Shown: in pieces, positions 48,726-61,587 of the stretch
How positions within the stretch are numbered: the stretch's first letter is position 1
How the letters are laid out: every line of letters begins with the position of its first letter
Assembly (NCBI RefSeq): GCF_004010195.1
Contig: NC_057719.1
Span: forward strand, 6,151,372-6,212,958
Source: Chiloscyllium plagiosum
Lineage: Eukaryota
Direction of reading: 5' to 3'
DNA length: 61,587 bases
Notes under the pieces: generated by a model
The model's input: the letters and a program-made list of their open reading frames with translations, nothing else
Told to the model about the DNA's origin: nothing
Database searches by the model: none
Translations under genes and position numbers: made by a program

Positions 48726-51700
48726 TCAGCTAACCCTCAGTGAAGTTAAGTGTGCAGAATGTCAAAATCAGGTGCACAGTTTTGTAGACAACAAAACAAT
48801 GCTGAACTATATGGCCAGGAAGGGAAGACAATTGTGGCAAAGTACACTGCCTGCCTTAGTAATCTTGTTTTGTATACTTAAGCAGCTAAAAACTTAGCTG
48901 ATGTTTACATGCAACTATATGATGAGATGTAAATTGTAGGGAGTTAAGAATACTAGTCAAAGCTACAATTAAAAGCTGCTCAAGAACATCTCAATTTTCT
49001 AAATTGGATGCAACCCCATATAGTTTGGCCTAATTAAAACCATGTTCCAATCTTATTAAGCCATAAATAGATCAGACTGAATTATCCAGTTAATCAGGCT
49101 AAGAGCCACCAAGTTAATCAGAAACGACAGTGTATATAGTTAATTATGCTCTATAATAGCTTTCATTGTTCCCATTTCAATACCTTACAGCACTTTTTTC
49201 CCATTGTAATTAAAATTATACAACAGCATTGCTCTAATTGTCTATCTGCGATGTTTTGCAGCACAGAAGACTTTTCTCCTGTTTCTACCTAGATTGTAAA
49301 CATCAAACCTGTTCAACAGGAAATAAACCAGACACCTGACATTAAAAAGCCTCAAACTAGTTTCCTAGGATTTGCTAACCACCTTGCCAAGTCTGGAGTA
49401 CAATTGGATTAGGAGGGCTCTTGAATTATTAGATTATATTAGTACCTAGATTCTGCTTAAGGTAGCTTTTAGATGTCAATAATACCTTGCTTTCTTTGCT
49501 GATTACATTAGTGACTTTTTGAAGCAACAGTATAGCACCACTAGCAATGTATGCAGATAGTCTTAAAAATGGAATGGCACCGGAGGTACAAGAATTTTTG
49601 TATTTGCCCACTGTCTTATTGAATCTCATCAGCCTTGAGAAATAGTTGAAGCTTTAACGCACAATTCCAAACAAATTGGAACAGTTACAACACAAGAGGC
49701 CATTGATATCATCGGGCGTCAGTTCACTAAAACATGGGCAAACATTTTGCTTAACCCATACACTACTGCTATTTCAAATCAAGCCAGTTGCTGGCTCACT
49801 TGCACTTAAAAACTGGCAATCTGAACTCAGTAAGTGGGCAAATACAAAGCAGAGTTTAGTGTAAACATATCAAATCAGCTAAACACTACCAGGTCTCATC
49901 TTTAAATATATATAGGCTTAAGAATTTTAACTGCCCAAAATAGCATTAATTACCCCAAGGAGGTTACAATCCAATCAATTTAGTAAAATGACAAGAAATA
50001 ATTAGCTCGAAGAACTCAGATTTTAGCAAGCTTTGGATTCAGAGACTGGGACAAGCCAACATGAAAATCGATTGGATATGGTCAACAGAAACCATACCAT
50101 TTCATCCACCCAATTAGTGGCAATCCAACACGGCAGGAATCCACACCTGGAACCCACAAGCACCAGACTCCAAACTAAAACTAGTGAATTCATTATGTTT
50201 CACAATGCCTTGGGTTTAGTTAGAGCCATTTTAGGTGCAAGTTCTTGTTCTATTGTAATCCAATACTCGAGCCATTTAATGATCAGGAGGGTTTACTTAC
50301 TTCCTGATATGTTGATACAATTAGAACCAGGGGCATGCAATTATAGTTAATGTAGCAGGACAATGACCAAGTTAGACATTTCAGGCAGGAACTCTTAATA
50401 TTTTAGGTGTTATAAAATCTACACAGTCAGTCAATTAGCCTGGGATTCAACTGAATCAGTGTCATTAGCATTGCCTTCATTCAACCAAGAAAGAATGAGA
50501 CCGAATCAAAAACATTAAGAATTCAGGTCAGGCAGAACCTGTGGTAAGAAAAAAAGGTACAATAGATTTTAAAGGGAGGGCAGAGGGAGAGAAAGTCTTG
50601 GATAGCAGAGAAGCTGGAGATCATGTTAAATCTGCAAGCTGGAGTTCCAATCAGAGTTGGCCTCCATATTCTAAGAAATAGCTACCAACTTCAAGACTGC
50701 CCTGTCATTCAGTAAATGGAGTTGAAGTCATTGTCAGATCAGTCAGTAAATGATTAAATCAATCAATCAAAAGCTTTAACTCCATTTTTCTGCTGCCCAC
50801 CACAACTCTGCCCTTGTGAACCAGAAATCACTCCACCTCATTCATTGGATAACAGAACTCCTCTCCAAAGATGTTCCTAAACTTAAATGAAAGATCTTTA
50901 TTCTGAAAAATATTTCGATCATCCAAGATGCTGCATGGTCAGCAGGAACAACACTAAATTGAGACATTCAATAAGTTCACCTTTGGCCTAGAGGAGGCCT
51001 TTTCAATTTGGAAATCTTTGAAGAGCAGGTATTGCATTTCTGTATCAATGCCAAAGGACGATCAACTGCTTTGATCAGTGTTAGGCAAAAAAAGCTGGTT
51101 AATCAGACCATGACAAAAGACATCTGAAGGAGGCTAGTAAGGAGAGATGCTAGTGCATTAAATGAGATGTACAGCGAGAGACAAATCAGTATGGGAAGAA
51201 AATCCAAAGTTAAACAATGAGTAAAATGTGACAGAAGGTTAAATGGAGTCTGTGGAAAGCAAGGAGTTCAGTGAAAGTAGTTGTCAGCATTTGAGCTAGC
51301 TGACAGAAGATGGAAGCAAAACTTATTCCCAGATATGTCCAAGCTGAATTCAAGCAATTTAAATGGATTTTTTCAGAATTCATTCACAGGATGAAGACAT
51401 CACTGGCTAGACCTGCATTTATTGTCTATCCCACAGGGCAGTCAAATTGCTGAGAGTCTGGAGTCACAGTCTAGACCAGGTACAGAAGTTTCCTTTTGTA
51501 AAGGGGCATTAGTTAACCAGATGGGTTTTTCCAACCGTTAACAATGGTTTCATAGTCCTCATTGGACTCAATTCCAGGTATTTACTGAATTCAAATTCCA
51601 TTTGAAACCTAGCCCCCAGCATATTACCTGGATTAACAGTGCAGCAGTAATTCCAATATCCTGTCACCATTTCCAATTTATTAAAGAAATTGGAAGACAG

Positions 51701-51780
51701 ACTGAAATCCATTTTATTGCAAAGCAGCTTCATCAATACTCTGCTGTTGGGAGCATTTATGGTCAGTAACAATAGGGCAA

Positions 51781-52087
51781 TTAGATTAGGTTAGACTCCC
51801 GACAGTGTCTAAACAGGCCCCTTGGCCCAACAAGTCCACAAAGACCCTCTGAAGAGCAACCCACCCAGACCCACCTCCCTCTGACTAATGCACAGAACAC
51901 CATGGGCAATTTAGCATGGCCAACTCACTTGACTTGCACATCTTACTGTGGGAGGAAACCTGAGCACCTGGTGGAAACCCACACAGACACTGGGAGAACG
52001 TGCAAACTCCACAGACACCAGAAGCTGGAAGTGAACCTGGGACCCTGACGCTGTGAGGTAGCAGTGCTAACCACTACACCATGCCCA
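51781..52087 (-). mobile_element. HE1-like SINE in intron 3
   Basis: Homologous to 3152-3443. Confidence 0.85.
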
Positions 52088-53366
52088 ATGAGACAAAAAT
52101 TTCCAAGTCAGGCAACAAGAAATTAATGTGAAATTCAACATAACGTATACAGACTGCACACTGCTTTTCCCTGACTGACTCAATAACTTTAATGCAATAG
52201 TACAATCACAATTCAGCGATTTCTAAACAACTCATGACTTGCCCTGTGCACCACAATGCTGCATGAAGTGTAGGGGATCAATACAATGACTGATAACATT
52301 CAAATGCAAGATTAGCAATTTGACCAGACAATTTACAAATCAAAACCTAATTAGGGGTGGGCAATTATGTCAATTATATACTGTTGATTAAAAGTAAACA
52401 AGAATTTCAGAGTTGCAAAGGTTGCTCCTCAACAACTTTCAGTAGCTAAAGTCACAAGCAATTAATGACTTATTGTAATACTTCAACCATTCAAGAAAGC
52501 TAGTGTAGTACTTAGGCCTAACAGAAACTAGCTCAGTCATAAAGGTAAATTCAACACAAAATGCAGTCGATGTTTCTGCTTACTTGACAGATTAGCAATA
52601 CTTAAGTCAGACAGTAGTTGACTTGTGACTTGCCCACTCCTCAAATCCAAGTGCTTACCAAACTGGCTGGTTAGAATGGGAGCCTCTGCAGAAGGGTGTT
52701 AAGCTGCTTAGAGGGGATGGGCCCCCAGAGTCCAGCCTGATCCCATTTTGATCATGGATTTGGAGCACAGACCAACTTCATCCTGTCCTTCCAATCCACA
52801 GAAAAAGCATTCAATTACAAATCATTGCCACTTCAGCTAGGATCCCCTCAAGTCAATGAGAGATTCAGGAATAATTGGTAGATTTCTTACAAGTACCCAT
52901 TCCTGGATGTTTGGCATTTAGCAGCTCAAGACTTGGAGAAAACGTTGATTATACAGCAAGAAATGTTTACTATGGAAAAAGGATGGTCAAAATGTTAGAA
53001 TGTTGTACTCTGCTACAGATAACAGGCGATTAAAAGATCACCAGTAACTGATTCATAAGTGAAAATGCTCAATGCTACAATTTTTAGAATACTGCCATTC
53101 CGCATTCCCTCAGCTATGAGGGAATGGAGTTCTGCAATAGAAAAGATTAACATGGCCAGTTATTCCAATCCTGGATAAAAGCTTGACAACAGTACTTGTT
53201 AGTACAAGACAACTTCAAGGAGCTATATCATACATACTCGAGCTCACTAGGAAAAATCTACTATACTTAAAACAGAGTTCAAGTATTTACTCAACAAATT
53301 CATCCTGGCATTTGAAGTAACCCATCTTTTGGCACAAAGTGATGGGGTAGGAGACAATGGTCTCTA

Positions 53367-53609
<243 letters not shown>

Positions 53610-55667
53610 TTAAAAACCAGGAAGGATTCTGCAGGGTAGACCAATTTAGATATGATCCAAGTTGCTGGTCAAATGCATGAATCAGTTACTTTAAAACATG
53701 CAAGATTGTTTTAGAAAGTCCATAATCCCTATAATTTTCTATGACAGGATAACAAGTCAGATTGCAATAGCTAACATCCTAGCACATCCCACTAACGCTT
53801 CAATATTTAAACTGAGTGCTTCACTCCACTGCTTAGCTCAAAGTTTGACAATATGCTAATCAATCGGGTGCACACAGTCAGCCAGTATCAGCATGTTCAG
53901 GCTTGCAACTATAACACCTCCACATGTGGTAACTGATGTAATACAGTTTCTTAGCAACTTGAAGACACCAATTAGTTGAGGGTGGTTACTGATATGAGTT
54001 AGCTTAGGCACAGGATTCCAAAGCTCCCTGTATTTGAAGTAGCCAAGATTAACCTTTCATGTTATAGAATTATTTTTGGGTTTTAAAGTCTGGAGTTTCA
54101 AGATCCAAAAATCTGACTTGTCAGAATTAACTTTCAATACAAAAGACATGTTTGGCCCACAGGATTGATAGCTCTTCAATGCTCCACACTGAAATATCAA
54201 CAGTTTTGTTAAAACTGGTTTAATAAAATTGATTAGTAGGAAATTCACATTTTTATGTAACTGCATTCAAAAGTCAGCTTTTACAGTAATCTGTATTAAA
54301 AACTGCAGACCATGGTAGAAACAAAACTCAAGTTTTGCATTTGCTTCTTGAACTGGACACCACCATTTATATAATTCACTTTTCTTGCAACAGCAATTGA
54401 TATAAGTTAATGATCCATCCAGGAACCAAACAGGATGTGTGGACATGGCAGAATATCAATTTGGATGGGTGACAGGTCAAACTATTTTCTTGAACGTTTG
54501 CCTGAAGCAACTCCATCTTTTAACTCCATTCCACAGTATATTAAATTGCAGTAAACTAGGAATGAACTTCACTAAGACAGGAAACAGCAGGCAGATAATG
54601 CTTTAATTATGCCACCAAATGATGATCTGTTTAGAAAGTGGGACACTTACCACTATTTGAAATAATCACATTTTGCATTCAATCTGCTGATAATCAAGAC
54701 TCAGCTTAAAGTACTTGCAGCTAACCAGGCCTACTCTAGATTTGAAACAGGGCAATGCTCACTGTTTGATTATGTCAGATTAAGCATTTTGGATGGAAAT
54801 TACATATAAACAATCTCAAGGCAAAATTAAGTGCATATGCCATTTAACAGTTCTATACTTAAACTACTCAAATAAACGTTGAAAGTAGAAAATCACTACA
54901 ACAAGGTTTTTTTTTTTGCATTTGACCCCAAACTCCAGTTCCTTGGTCATGATAGCTCATCCTGACAGCCTGTAACCCTACAGCAGATGGTCAGAGGGAC
55001 CCAGGTTATGATTGAGCATTAAATTGTTTGAAACAAAAACAGATGGAAGGCATAAATATTCAGTGCTGAAAACCCCCATACTGCCTCCTTACAGTTAGGA
55101 ACACTGATGCACAATATCCAGTCGCTCTCAATAAGACTGCAGATTGCAGTCAATCTTGAGTTGCGAGCATCAGTTGACAATCTAATGGACCCATTTCTTA
55201 ATGAATCAAGAGTGTAGTCTCATGTTTTGGGAATCCCAACCTTCTGCACAAAAATTAAAAAGCTTGGGGGGCCCCAATAGAGTGCAGCAGCTGGATTTGC
55301 TAGGCACCTACTTTATAAAACAAGTCTAGGTGTTTATCCTACACAAAATTTCCATTCCTGGGTAGTTTAACTGAGTTTATTACATATCCAAATATATACC
55401 TTAAAAGATGCTCACTTCATAACTAATCATGTTATGCAGCTGCCTATGAAGACAGGTCAACTGTAGTACCTACAAGCTTGTGTACACAACTGTTCGACAT
55501 TGCAAACAGACTCAAGGCTTCAGTAAGCTACCATTTCATACCTATTTTCCTCTGTTGAAGTCATTAAAATTCTCAATTTAATGCACTTCAAAGGTTACAT
55601 CTAGCATTTGTACAAATTTATAATTCACATGAAACCTCAATTAACATAAGGATATTTAGTCACTTAC

Positions 55668-55698
55668 CAGCAATCTGCTCCTCAGTAAGTTGGTCAGC
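55668..55698 (-). CDS. CALM1: Calmodulin exon 2 (31 nt, ADQLTEEQIA)
   Basis: ag|GCTGACCAACTTACTGAGGAGCAGATTGCTG|gtaagt. Confidence 0.97.
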
Positions 55699-58560
55699 CT
55701 GTTAAGACAAGATAAGCCATTATACATAGCTGCATTTTGAAACATTAGAAATCAGAGGACAGACTTTAGAAAGCAATAACCTGAAATTTGCAGGTACATA
55801 TTTCACTTTTTGGCAGACAAAAATTACTGAGAAATGCTTTGCAATATAAAGAACTGCTGGAGAAACTTTAGTCCATATCAGTGGAGACTGAGTTAATGTC
55901 AAGAGTCAATGACACTTAGCTTGTTTTGCTCGAGATGTTGCCCATACCTCCATTTGCAATTTCTTCTTTACGCTTTGATGACATTTCTATTGTCAAGTTT
56001 TAAAAAGGCAGGTATATTTCATTCAAATACTAAGGACTTGAAGCCAATCAAATGGGAAGGGAGGCAAATCACAATGTTAGAATACAAGGTACAAAATTAC
56101 AAAGCAGTGTTGGCTGAAGTTGTATGTTCCCAGGCCAGTTTGAAGACTGATCTGTCTAGACCTTAAAAACAGGACTTGGTCATAAACAGGACCACAAACA
56201 AAGCTGCTAAAAACTGATTCAATATGCATTTATGGCAATTCCATTAGAGAAGTATACTGCAGAAATCCATGTGCTGTAAGAAGTTTGACAACATCCCAAA
56301 TAGGACAGTTGAGTAGTTATATCGCATCTGTGTTTGAAGCACTCAGGCAGACTGGAAATAATACAACCCTCACTATGCTTGCTGAAACCAATTAGTTATT
56401 GATATTTTCAGAAGATTAAATAATTAGATTTAACAGATACCACGAGTGCATACTCCACACTTTGGAAAATTAATCCAGAGCTTTGCAGACATTCACCTAG
56501 TAATGTGGAGCTTTGCACTGAATGTTCTTCGTTTCTTGTATCGGAAATAATCTGACTATCGCTGGGAGTAAAGGCTGTTCCAAAGACAACCATAAGTGTC
56601 TTCCATCTTAATGTCTGGTGAAGGCAAGAGACGTTGTGGAGAAAATGAAATGGAAGATGCACATACTGCCGCTTTTGGACGTAGAATCTCCACCGAATCC
56701 CATCAGTTCCCAAATTACAACAATTGGGCAATGTCATTATCGATGACAAAGTATCAAAATCATTCAATATCAGACAGGTAATCCAAACAGCTTCAAAATG
56801 CAGAAATGTCTTTTTCAAACTGCCCAGTATCAGCTTAAATATTTATCAAGCTAAAGGGTTCAAGTGAAGATGGTCCATCACTGAATGCTTGCTCAAAACA
56901 TGTGCATCCCATTTCATCCTCAGCAATTTTTCACACTGGTGAATACAGCAGCTCAGCTGGGTTCAAACCTCCAGTTTTAGCAGTTTCACTTATCAGCAAA
57001 AGGTTTGATTTGTTCATCTGCACAGGCACTTGGTTTTTGAATTTGATGCATAGAAACTAAGCTTTTAGTTCCAGTTTCCAGCTTATTTTCTAGTAGAAGT
57101 GAAAGTAGTGAAATTAAAATGTTAGTGGAATCAGGTTTTGGAAGAAATCATTGGGATGCAAAACTCCGATTCAGTCATAAGGGAATTTCAAATACAATGA
57201 AGGAAAATGTAGTAGACACTAATCTCCAGGAGGGGGCAGTAATATTTCCTATTCTGCACAATGTCCTAGTGAAGAGGATTCAAAATAGTGACGAGGATTC
57301 AAAATAGTGACAATACTAAGTTTGATGCCCAACTAAGCTCAAAGGGTGTTTTAACTGGCTGGGGACAAAGGTGGAAAATCTCAGGTGCATCATGGAGTAC
57401 AAGCACTGGCAACCATCCAGAGGAGATGTGCACTGTGCAGCAGAATTCAAACTTTAATGCATCTATACCTTTCACAAAAACTGATTACAGTCAGTCTTTT
57501 TCCAGGTTGAAGGAGCATTTTATTTTTGGGTCTGACCTTAAGTTTCAATTCCCATCTTAACACCTGGAGTGATCCAATTATCTCGACTAATTGGATAACT
57601 GGTATCGTTAAAATGTCAACTTTAAGGGCATTTGAAGTTTCACTTCAAAACCCTGCAACCTTAGAGCACACTAAGAAAAAAGGTTGATAATAGCACTGAA
57701 GCAATTGACAAAATCCATTTGAAGCCAAATACAAATTCTTGACTTCATATCCAGAAGGTTACACATTCAGGTAAGTTAGTTCAAGCTATGATTTAGCCAT
57801 TTCAGTTCAGCTCAAGTACAACAGCAAAATTGCTGTGTTTAGTCATAGTTGCAGCATCCAATTTTAACAGGCAAAGTCAGAGGACAACCAATACAAGCTA
57901 GCTAGGTCAAAAACAAATTTATTGCCAGGAGGCTTCTCGTAAAGCTGTTTTACATTAGTGATTTACATGCTGGCGCAGGTGTCATTTATACATGACAGCA
58001 ACACAAATGCAAGCTGGAGACAAGGTATACTACATTCTAGGTGGCAAAACAATGATTCACCGCTCGAAGCAGAAAAATCTGCAATTACGTAGTGTACTTG
58101 CAAGCAAGGAAATTCTGTGCAGCGTTAAGGAATTTAAAAGTTCATTCTGCTCCGTTGACAAAGCAGATTCCGCCCGATTTGAAAGGAAAACCCTGGAAAG
58201 CGAATGGACACTCGGTCCTTTTGAGTTTGAGGAAGGGGTCCTGATGTTGGGAGGGGGGGAAAGAGAGAGCACACGGACAAAACGGGCACAACTAAGGATA
58301 CCCCGGGCTGGCACTGGGAAAGCAGATGCGAACATTTAACGGAAATGCAGGTGCGATCAGTCCCTCGCCGCCCGTTTAGTAGCGCATCGAGCACAATGCA
58401 GCAGCTCCCCCGCTTGCCACCCGACAGAGGCCGGCTCCTCATGGAGGGAGGGAGGGAGGCCGCTATGCCAGATGCTCGAACCAACTTCCTCTCTCCCACC
58501 CGCAGCACCCCCACCTCAACATTTTAACCGAACGGCGTGAGCCGCCGCCGCATGACAACC

Positions 58561-58572
58561 GCCGCCATTTTG
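58561..58572. promoter_or_regulatory. YY1 consensus site GCCGCCATTTTG in intron 1
   Basis: Exact match to the long YY1 motif, just downstream of exon 1. Confidence 0.55.
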
Positions 58573-58705
58573 ATGGCTCGCCCACCGTTCACTCACTCAC
58601 ACACACACACGCGCGCGCGAAACAAAACATAAAACAGCCCGCTCTCTTTCAAAAATATGCTTTTAAACGACAGGAGAGCTAACGGTTCCTGCCGAACATA
58701 CGCAC

Positions 58706-58708
58706 CAT
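58706..58708 (-). CDS. CALM1: Calmodulin exon 1 (coding part = initiator ATG only)
   Basis: Minus strand reads ...cattcgatATG|GTGCGT, with G at -3 and G at +4 after splicing. It lies in the CpG island about 140 bp downstream of a TATA box, and there is no other ATG in the predicted 5' UTR. An ATG-only first coding exon is the conserved vertebrate calmodulin structure. Confidence 0.8.
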
Positions 58709-58847
58709 ATCGAATGTTGCTTTTTTTTTGTTTTAAAAAAGGGGGAGGGTAACGTGTGCTGACCACAGAAACCAACGACTGCAGCTCCTCCGGTGACCGC
58801 GGTCCCACTGGCGCCGATTACCGCGCTCTTCCTCTACTCCCCTCTAC

Positions 58848-58854
58848 ATATATA
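58848..58854 (-). promoter_or_regulatory. TATA box (TATATAT)
   Basis: Isolated TATATATG inside GC-rich DNA about 140 bp upstream of the ATG; implies a TSS near 58810-58825. Confidence 0.7.
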
Positions 58855-58891
58855 CCGTGTATCCTTCCGCCGGCAGCCGCGGAAAGACGGT

Positions 58892-58899
58892 TGACGTAA
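58892..58899. promoter_or_regulatory. CRE/ATF-like site TGACGTAA
   Basis: One mismatch to TGACGTCA, about 40 bp upstream of the TATA box. Confidence 0.5.
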
Positions 58900-59799
58900 G
58901 GGGGGAGGGGAAGGTGTGCTGAGGTCCGTGGCGGAGGGAGGGAGTGTCAAGTGGTTCCTTCACTCCCCCCCCTCCCTTCCCCATCAATCCTCCTCCACCT
59001 TCCTCCTTGCGTCCCAACCTGGACTTCCAGTATTTTTCCGTTCGCGCTGCCGATTGCGTTTTGCGCACGGATCTACATCGCCGAGGCGGATGGTTACGGT
59101 TTGGTTGGGAGGGACGGAGGTGTGAGAGGGGCTCGGTTGCCTTGTTGGCGCGGGACGTGGGGGAGGGGGGGGACGGAAGGACGGTTGGTTTTTGAAGAAG
59201 GGGGAGGGGCGCCTCGCGCGCCCTCTCTCTGTGTCTCGGGGACGTGTGTCGGCTTGGAGGAGGGAGTCAAGGGGACGTCCATCAGCTTTGTCTCGCCGTC
59301 GGCGATTGGTGCAGGCGCACCTGCAATGAGGGAGCGGATGAGACCCGGCCTGCCATTGGCCGCCGCGTACCTGCAATGCGTCAACTCCGCGGCCGGGCCG
59401 ATGGCGGCGGCGTCGCTGGAAACACCGCTACCGGGGCCTGGTCCAGGTGGAAGCTGCTAATCGACACTGAGAGGCAAACGCCGAAGAAGGCAGGCAGCCA
59501 GATAACGCCTTGTTACTTCATGCAAAGTGTTCATCTCAATACCTATAGAAATGAGCAGAATTTGGTCCTTTGAGCCATTCAGTGTAATCTTGGTTAATAC
59601 TCCATGGCACTGCCATTTGTCCAACTTTCTCCCCATATCTTTAAAATCTATATAATACATTTCTTGAATCTGTTTAGTGACGATCTCGAACCCTTTCTCC
59701 AGTTGAGATTTCAATGCTCCTTGAGTAAAGAATGTAAATGTCTTAATGGACCCCCGCCCCAGCCGTCCAAGTGAATATAGACATAGGATAAAGCAGATG

Positions 59800-61084
59800 A
59801 ATAGGAGGCTGCAAAAGACGGGAGTGGTCTAGGTTCCTGGGACTGGCCCTTGGGTCCATAGCATCTGTACAGGTTGGAAGGGTTGCAGCTGAACAAAGCT
59901 GGGGATGAGTCGCATTTGGAGTGTTTTGGGAGGGCTTTAAACTAGTTTGACAGGGGAATCAAGAGAGAATATTGGAGATTATCAGCGTTTGCAGAATATT
60001 TAGGTTGGTACCAGAATAGAGAATATTACATTGATGGGTGAAAGTTGGAGTAAGGGAGAAAGAAATGAAGTCTAAACTCGAGTTAATGTGTATATAAATG
60101 CATCAAATACTGTAAATAAGATTGGGGAGTAACAGATGTCAGGTGCCACATGGAAATATGATGTTGTGGTAATAACAGATGCTGCTCTGTGAAGGGCATG
60201 ATTTATTGTTAAATATACCAGGCTATTAGTTGTTTAGGAAAGGAGATGGGGTAGCAGTATTGGTTAAGGAGTCCTGACAAAAGAAGATTTCTTGGATGGT
60301 TGAACGACAGAATCAGTTTGGCTACAGCTTAGTAATAAAAAGGGTAGAAGTACGTTGCTATGTAGTCTACAGACCATGAAGTAGTGCAAAGGGTGTAGAG
60401 GAACGTATCTGCAAGGAATTTACAGAAAAATGCCAACATTATGGAGTAATTACAATAGGGACTTCAGTTTCCCAAATATAGACTCGGACAATCTTAGTGT
60501 GAGGGGCAAATGTTCCCAGATTGTGTTCAGGTGAGTTCCCTACAGCAGTATGTGTGCAGTCCAACAAGAAAGGATATGTTGTCAGACCTAGTCCTTGGAA
60601 ATTAAGTGTGTCACGTGACAGTGGGAGAACATTTAGAGAAGTGATAATTCAATCATAAGATTCATGATGGTGATAGGCATTGACAGGCAACAATACAGAG
60701 TAGCAAAAATCATTTGGCACAAAGCTGACTTCATTGGGGCAAAAACAGGATTAACTGGAACAAGAGGTTAGCAGGAAGAATGGTAATTGAACAATAGGCT
60801 ACCTTCAAAGAGCAGATGGCTTAGGTGCAATCAAGTTATATTGTATCAAATGGGAAAGGTTAACATATCCAAACATAAACATATCCAAAGTTCCCTGCAT
60901 TGCAACGGAAATAGAAATCAACATTAGAAAGAAAGTGTGTGGATAAGAGGTCTAAGGGAGAAAATATAGTTGAGAACCAAGAAGAATATTGAATGTTAAG
61001 ACGTAAGGTGAAAATAACAAATAAAAGCAACAAGGAGGAATTAGAAATAAAAGATTAGCAGCTAACGTAAAGGAGAATCCCAAA
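59800..61084 (+). mobile_element. CR1 LINE (ORF1 end / endonuclease) upstream of the promoter
   Basis: WKYDVVVIT, GDGVAVLVKE, TESVWLQLSNKKG. Confidence 0.75.
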
Positions 61085-61587
61085 GACAAAAGCAGAAATT
61101 GTTGGAAATGCTCAGCATGTCTGGCAGCATCTGTGGAGAGAAATCAAAGTTAATGTTTCAGGTTGAGTGACCCTCAGAATTGATGATAGTTAGGAAATGT
61201 CAGTTTATATGCGGAAGATAGGGTAGGGGGAGAAGGTAAGGACTGAACAATAGATGGGGATAGAGCCCAAAGACAGAGCAGCATCTGTTATTACCACAAC
61301 ATCATATTTCCATGTGGCACCTGACATATGTTAATCCCCAATCTTATTTACAGTATTTTATGCATTTATATAGTTGTACATAGAAAAGAGTGGATAGCGA
61401 TCTAGGTAAAAACAATGACTGCAGATGCTGGAAACCAGATTCTGGATTAGTGGTGCTGGAAGAGCACAGCAGTTCAGGCAGCATCTGAGGTTTAGCAGTA
61501 AGATCAACGTTTCGGCAAAAACCCTTCATCAGGAATAAAGACAGAGAACCTGAAGCGTGGAGAGATAAGCTAGAGGAGGGTGGGGGT
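61085..61587 (-). mobile_element. Two PLE-type termini (61085-61272 and 61405-61587)
   Basis: CTGCAGATGCTGG...CAGGCAGCATC terminus; minus-strand CTGATGAAGGGTTTTGCCGAAACG at 61508-61531. Confidence 0.7.

Larger units (their letters stand above)
58340..59480. promoter_or_regulatory. CpG island / CALM1 promoter
   Basis: Abrupt GC- and CpG-rich block spanning exon 1, against a CpG-depleted background. Confidence 0.9.

Noticed and set aside
56408..56818. 136-aa minus-strand ORF in intron 1
   Set aside because: No recognisable motif, a non-ATG start and no evident splice context; cannot be supported without a homology search.
57268..57311. 19-bp tandem duplication (also 25801-25839)
   Set aside because: Ordinary slippage duplication with no further structure.
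57992..59573. Multiple overlapping 60-170 aa ORFs around the promoter
   Set aside because: Expected from stop-codon scarcity in GC-rich DNA; no recognisable domains.

Overview
Vertebrate genomic DNA, very likely a shark: it carries HE1-like tRNA-derived SINEs sharing a 3' tail with CR1/HER1-like LINEs. It has two 500-N scaffold gaps. The only host gene I can support is a complete six-exon calmodulin gene on the minus strand (CDS 58708->35595, 450 nt, 149 aa). Its translation reads as canonical vertebrate CaM, and its 3' UTR resembles mammalian CALM1 as I recall it. The gene has a CpG-island/TATA promoter near 58.3-59.5 kb and tandem polyA signals. The rest is a dense mosaic of decayed retroelements and minisatellites: CR1, Rex1-like and L2/CR1-like LINEs, SINEs, two kinds of Gypsy LTR element (one with the unusual INT-RT-RNaseH order) and Penelope-like elements (PLEs). 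The most striking non-gene signal is about 10 minimal hammerhead-ribozyme cores (CTGANGA-stem-GAAAC) in PLE termini. Several sit in short palindromic, TSD-flanked insertions, and local templated or fold-back duplications occur at some PLE junctions. Most ORFs in the supplied track are repeat artefacts.
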